Positions 62,279-64,000 of a stretch of DNA of 64,000 nt are shown one piece after another; within the stretch, counting starts at the first letter, position 1, and every line of letters begins with the position of its first letter. The DNA comes from an uncultured cyanobacterium (GTDB lineage: Bacteria > Cyanobacteriota > Cyanobacteriia > Cyanobacteriales > Cyanobacteriaceae). The stretch is taken from the NCBI GenBank assembly GCA_963710605.1, contig CAVQBA010000004.1, positions 1,344,001 to 1,408,000 on the forward strand. Reading direction: 5' to 3'. The translations under genes were made by a program, and so were the position numbers. The notes under the pieces were generated by a model. It was not told the DNA's origin, ran no database searches, and worked only from the letters and a program-made list of their open reading frames with translations.

Positions 62279-63417
62279 TCACAGTTTTATATAGATACGG
62301 TTTTTATCCATCCACCAACCGAGGCACCAGCACAGGAGCATAAAGACGATGCCTGTTATAAAGGCCCCGAAACTACCCGGGAATATATTTTGAAAAATAA
62401 CTTCACTGGCCCATTCGAAGGCGTCCTTGCCATTGCCGACGGGAATGGTGCGCAGGGAGATGTAAAACAGTTCGGAGAATAGATAGATAACCAGCGGATT
62501 TTTTCCGAAGATATCGAAGAAACGCACCCCGAAACGCTGCTTCTTAATTTCTATGAAATAGATAAGAACGCCCATCACCAAGAGGTCTATTCCGATGGTG
62601 TAGAGAGAAAAGGACTCGTCCATAATTTCTTTCCGATAGGAAAGATCAAATCCCACCCTAAGGCCAAGACGGTCAAAAGCCCCCCGGCAATCATCAATTT
62701 GGCAATGCCTTCAAAAGATTTTCCCTTTCGCTGTATAAAGGTACCCGCCATATAGCCCCCTACGACGTTCACTACGGCAGGTAAGGTGCTTAATATACCC
62801 TCTGGGTCAAAGGGTATGACATCGCCTTTATAAATATGGCCGTCCCCCAGTATATATAGATCGAGTATGGTGCCGGTATTGGTTGCCATGGCCAGTTCTT
62901 CCCCCGGTACACCGAACAAATAGAGTAGGGCCCAATATCCCAATAAAATCAGGGCAGATAGGATCAGCACCTTCTTTTCCGAGAGGTAGAAGAGAAGTAC
63001 GGCGGCGATAAAATAGCAAAGGGCAATGCGTTGCAGAACGCCCATTATACGGGTTTCTGAAAAGGGTTTTGGCGCCCATCCGTCCGTCGTTTGCTCGAAA
63101 AAAGGAAACCAATACATCAAGTACCCGCATAAAAATATCAAGGCGGTTCGTTTGAGCACTTTTTTCCAAAATATAGTAGTTTCTGCCCCCCGTAATTTGC
63201 CCATCGAAAAGCTCATGGCGTTGCCCATGGCAAAAAGAAAGGAAGGGAACACCAGGTCGGCCAAGGTAAAACCGAACCATTGGGCATGTACCAAATATGG
63301 GTACATTTCGGCTCCCGTACCGGGGGAGTTCACGAAAATCATGAGACAAATGGTCATGCCCCGGAAAACATCCAGAGATAAGAATCGGTTTTGTTTTCGG
63401 ATTTTACTATCCTTCAT
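62279..63417 (-). CDS. HGSNAT/DUF5009-like membrane acyltransferase, 1-bp deletion near 62610
   Basis: SLDVFRG, LADLVFPSFLF, GVLQRIA, FDPEG, KKLWTS then frameshift to LYTIGID..GKNPL. Confidence 0.85.
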
Positions 63418-63733
63418 TTTCTCAGTATTGGGGCTTGAGAGGAACCGAGCGGTTTAAAAATCGATTATTTAAACTATCCCTCAAATATATGATAATAATA
63501 AGCTAAGAAATCCACTTAGTTTGCGAAAATCCTGGCCTTGGGCTTTGTGGAAGCCGTTTGGTAACTGCAAATGAGCCTACCAATTCAGAAATAACACAAT
63601 AGTGCTCAAAACACTTTTGCTGGTATGTAGGACATGAAAATTATAGAAGACTGTAAATCACTTATGCCGAAAACTTTATTTGTTCTTCGGAAGGGCACGA
63701 AAAAGGTTTTTTTTTACCATAATTCGTGAGACT

Positions 63734-63766
63734 AAAAAAGCCCTGACTTTAGCATCAGGGCATTTT
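63734..63766 (-). terminator. Rho-independent terminator
   Basis: Minus strand GCCCTGA-loop-TCAGGGC-TTTTTT. Confidence 0.7.
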
Positions 63767-63791
63767 CATAGGCATTATTTTCCCAACCTCC

Positions 63792-64000
63792 TCAATTGGG
63801 TGCGATGTTTCCGTCTGCATTGTTGACGAAGGTATTGTTGGTATCCGTCAAGCTATTTCCGCCCTGTACAAAATCAATTCCCCAGGAGCCGCTGTCTTTA
63901 ATAGTACTATTCTCTAGGTTCAACGCCCCTTGGCAATGGATGACGATATTGCCCTGTCCCCCTGCATTGTACATCTGGCTGGCACCCCCTCCCGGATATT
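63792..64000 (-). CDS. C-terminal end of a probable parallel beta-helix protein (partial)
   Basis: Frame open to the window edge; LENSTIKDSGSWGI, NNTFVNN. Confidence 0.55.
   Translation of the reverse strand, partial: YPGGGASQMYNAGGQGNIVIHCQGALNLENSTIKDSGSWGIDFVQGGNSLTDTNNTFVNNADGNIAPN

Noticed and set aside
2146-63457. Other short overlapping ORFs in the track (e.g. 2146, 6249, 6373, 7294, 11950, 19803, 20345, 24600, 28608, 41889, 47147, 58949, 62240, 62828, 63026)
   Set aside because: They overlap well-supported genes on the other strand or frame and show no motifs

Overview
Positions 1 to about 58,660 are AT-rich chromosomal DNA of a unicellular cyanobacterium. It is dense in CGATCG/HIP1 sites and heptamer tandem repeats, and carries ftsH2, lexA, purH, ffh, menE, a Cu-type P1B ATPase and a cheA/cheW pair; the style suggests Cyanobacterium/Geminocystis, which is an inference. 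At about 58,662 the sequence switches mid-gene to higher-GC, CGATCG-free, Bacteroidota-like DNA: an IS256 fragment, an IS3 element, an esterase, a PIG-L deacetylase and an HGSNAT-like acyltransferase. This is most likely a chimeric join or contig concatenation. Main points of interest: (1) an unannotated locus with a class I glutamine riboswitch, a 34-aa peptide ORF and pirA (48.8-49.3 kb); (2) a cluster of four FHA proteins, three of them FHA-PAS-GGDEF-EAL paralogues with graded catalytic decay, next to an unknown three-repeat protein and near a ComFB/CdgR-type c-di-GMP receptor; (3) an HsdR_N-type nuclease domain fused to ParA, followed by an atypical ParB; (4) an intact tnpB-only IS200/IS605 element with readable ends; (5) seven single-base gene lesions, four at or beside GATC/CGATCG, which look like sequencing artefacts. 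All family calls come from motif recognition by eye; no searches were run.
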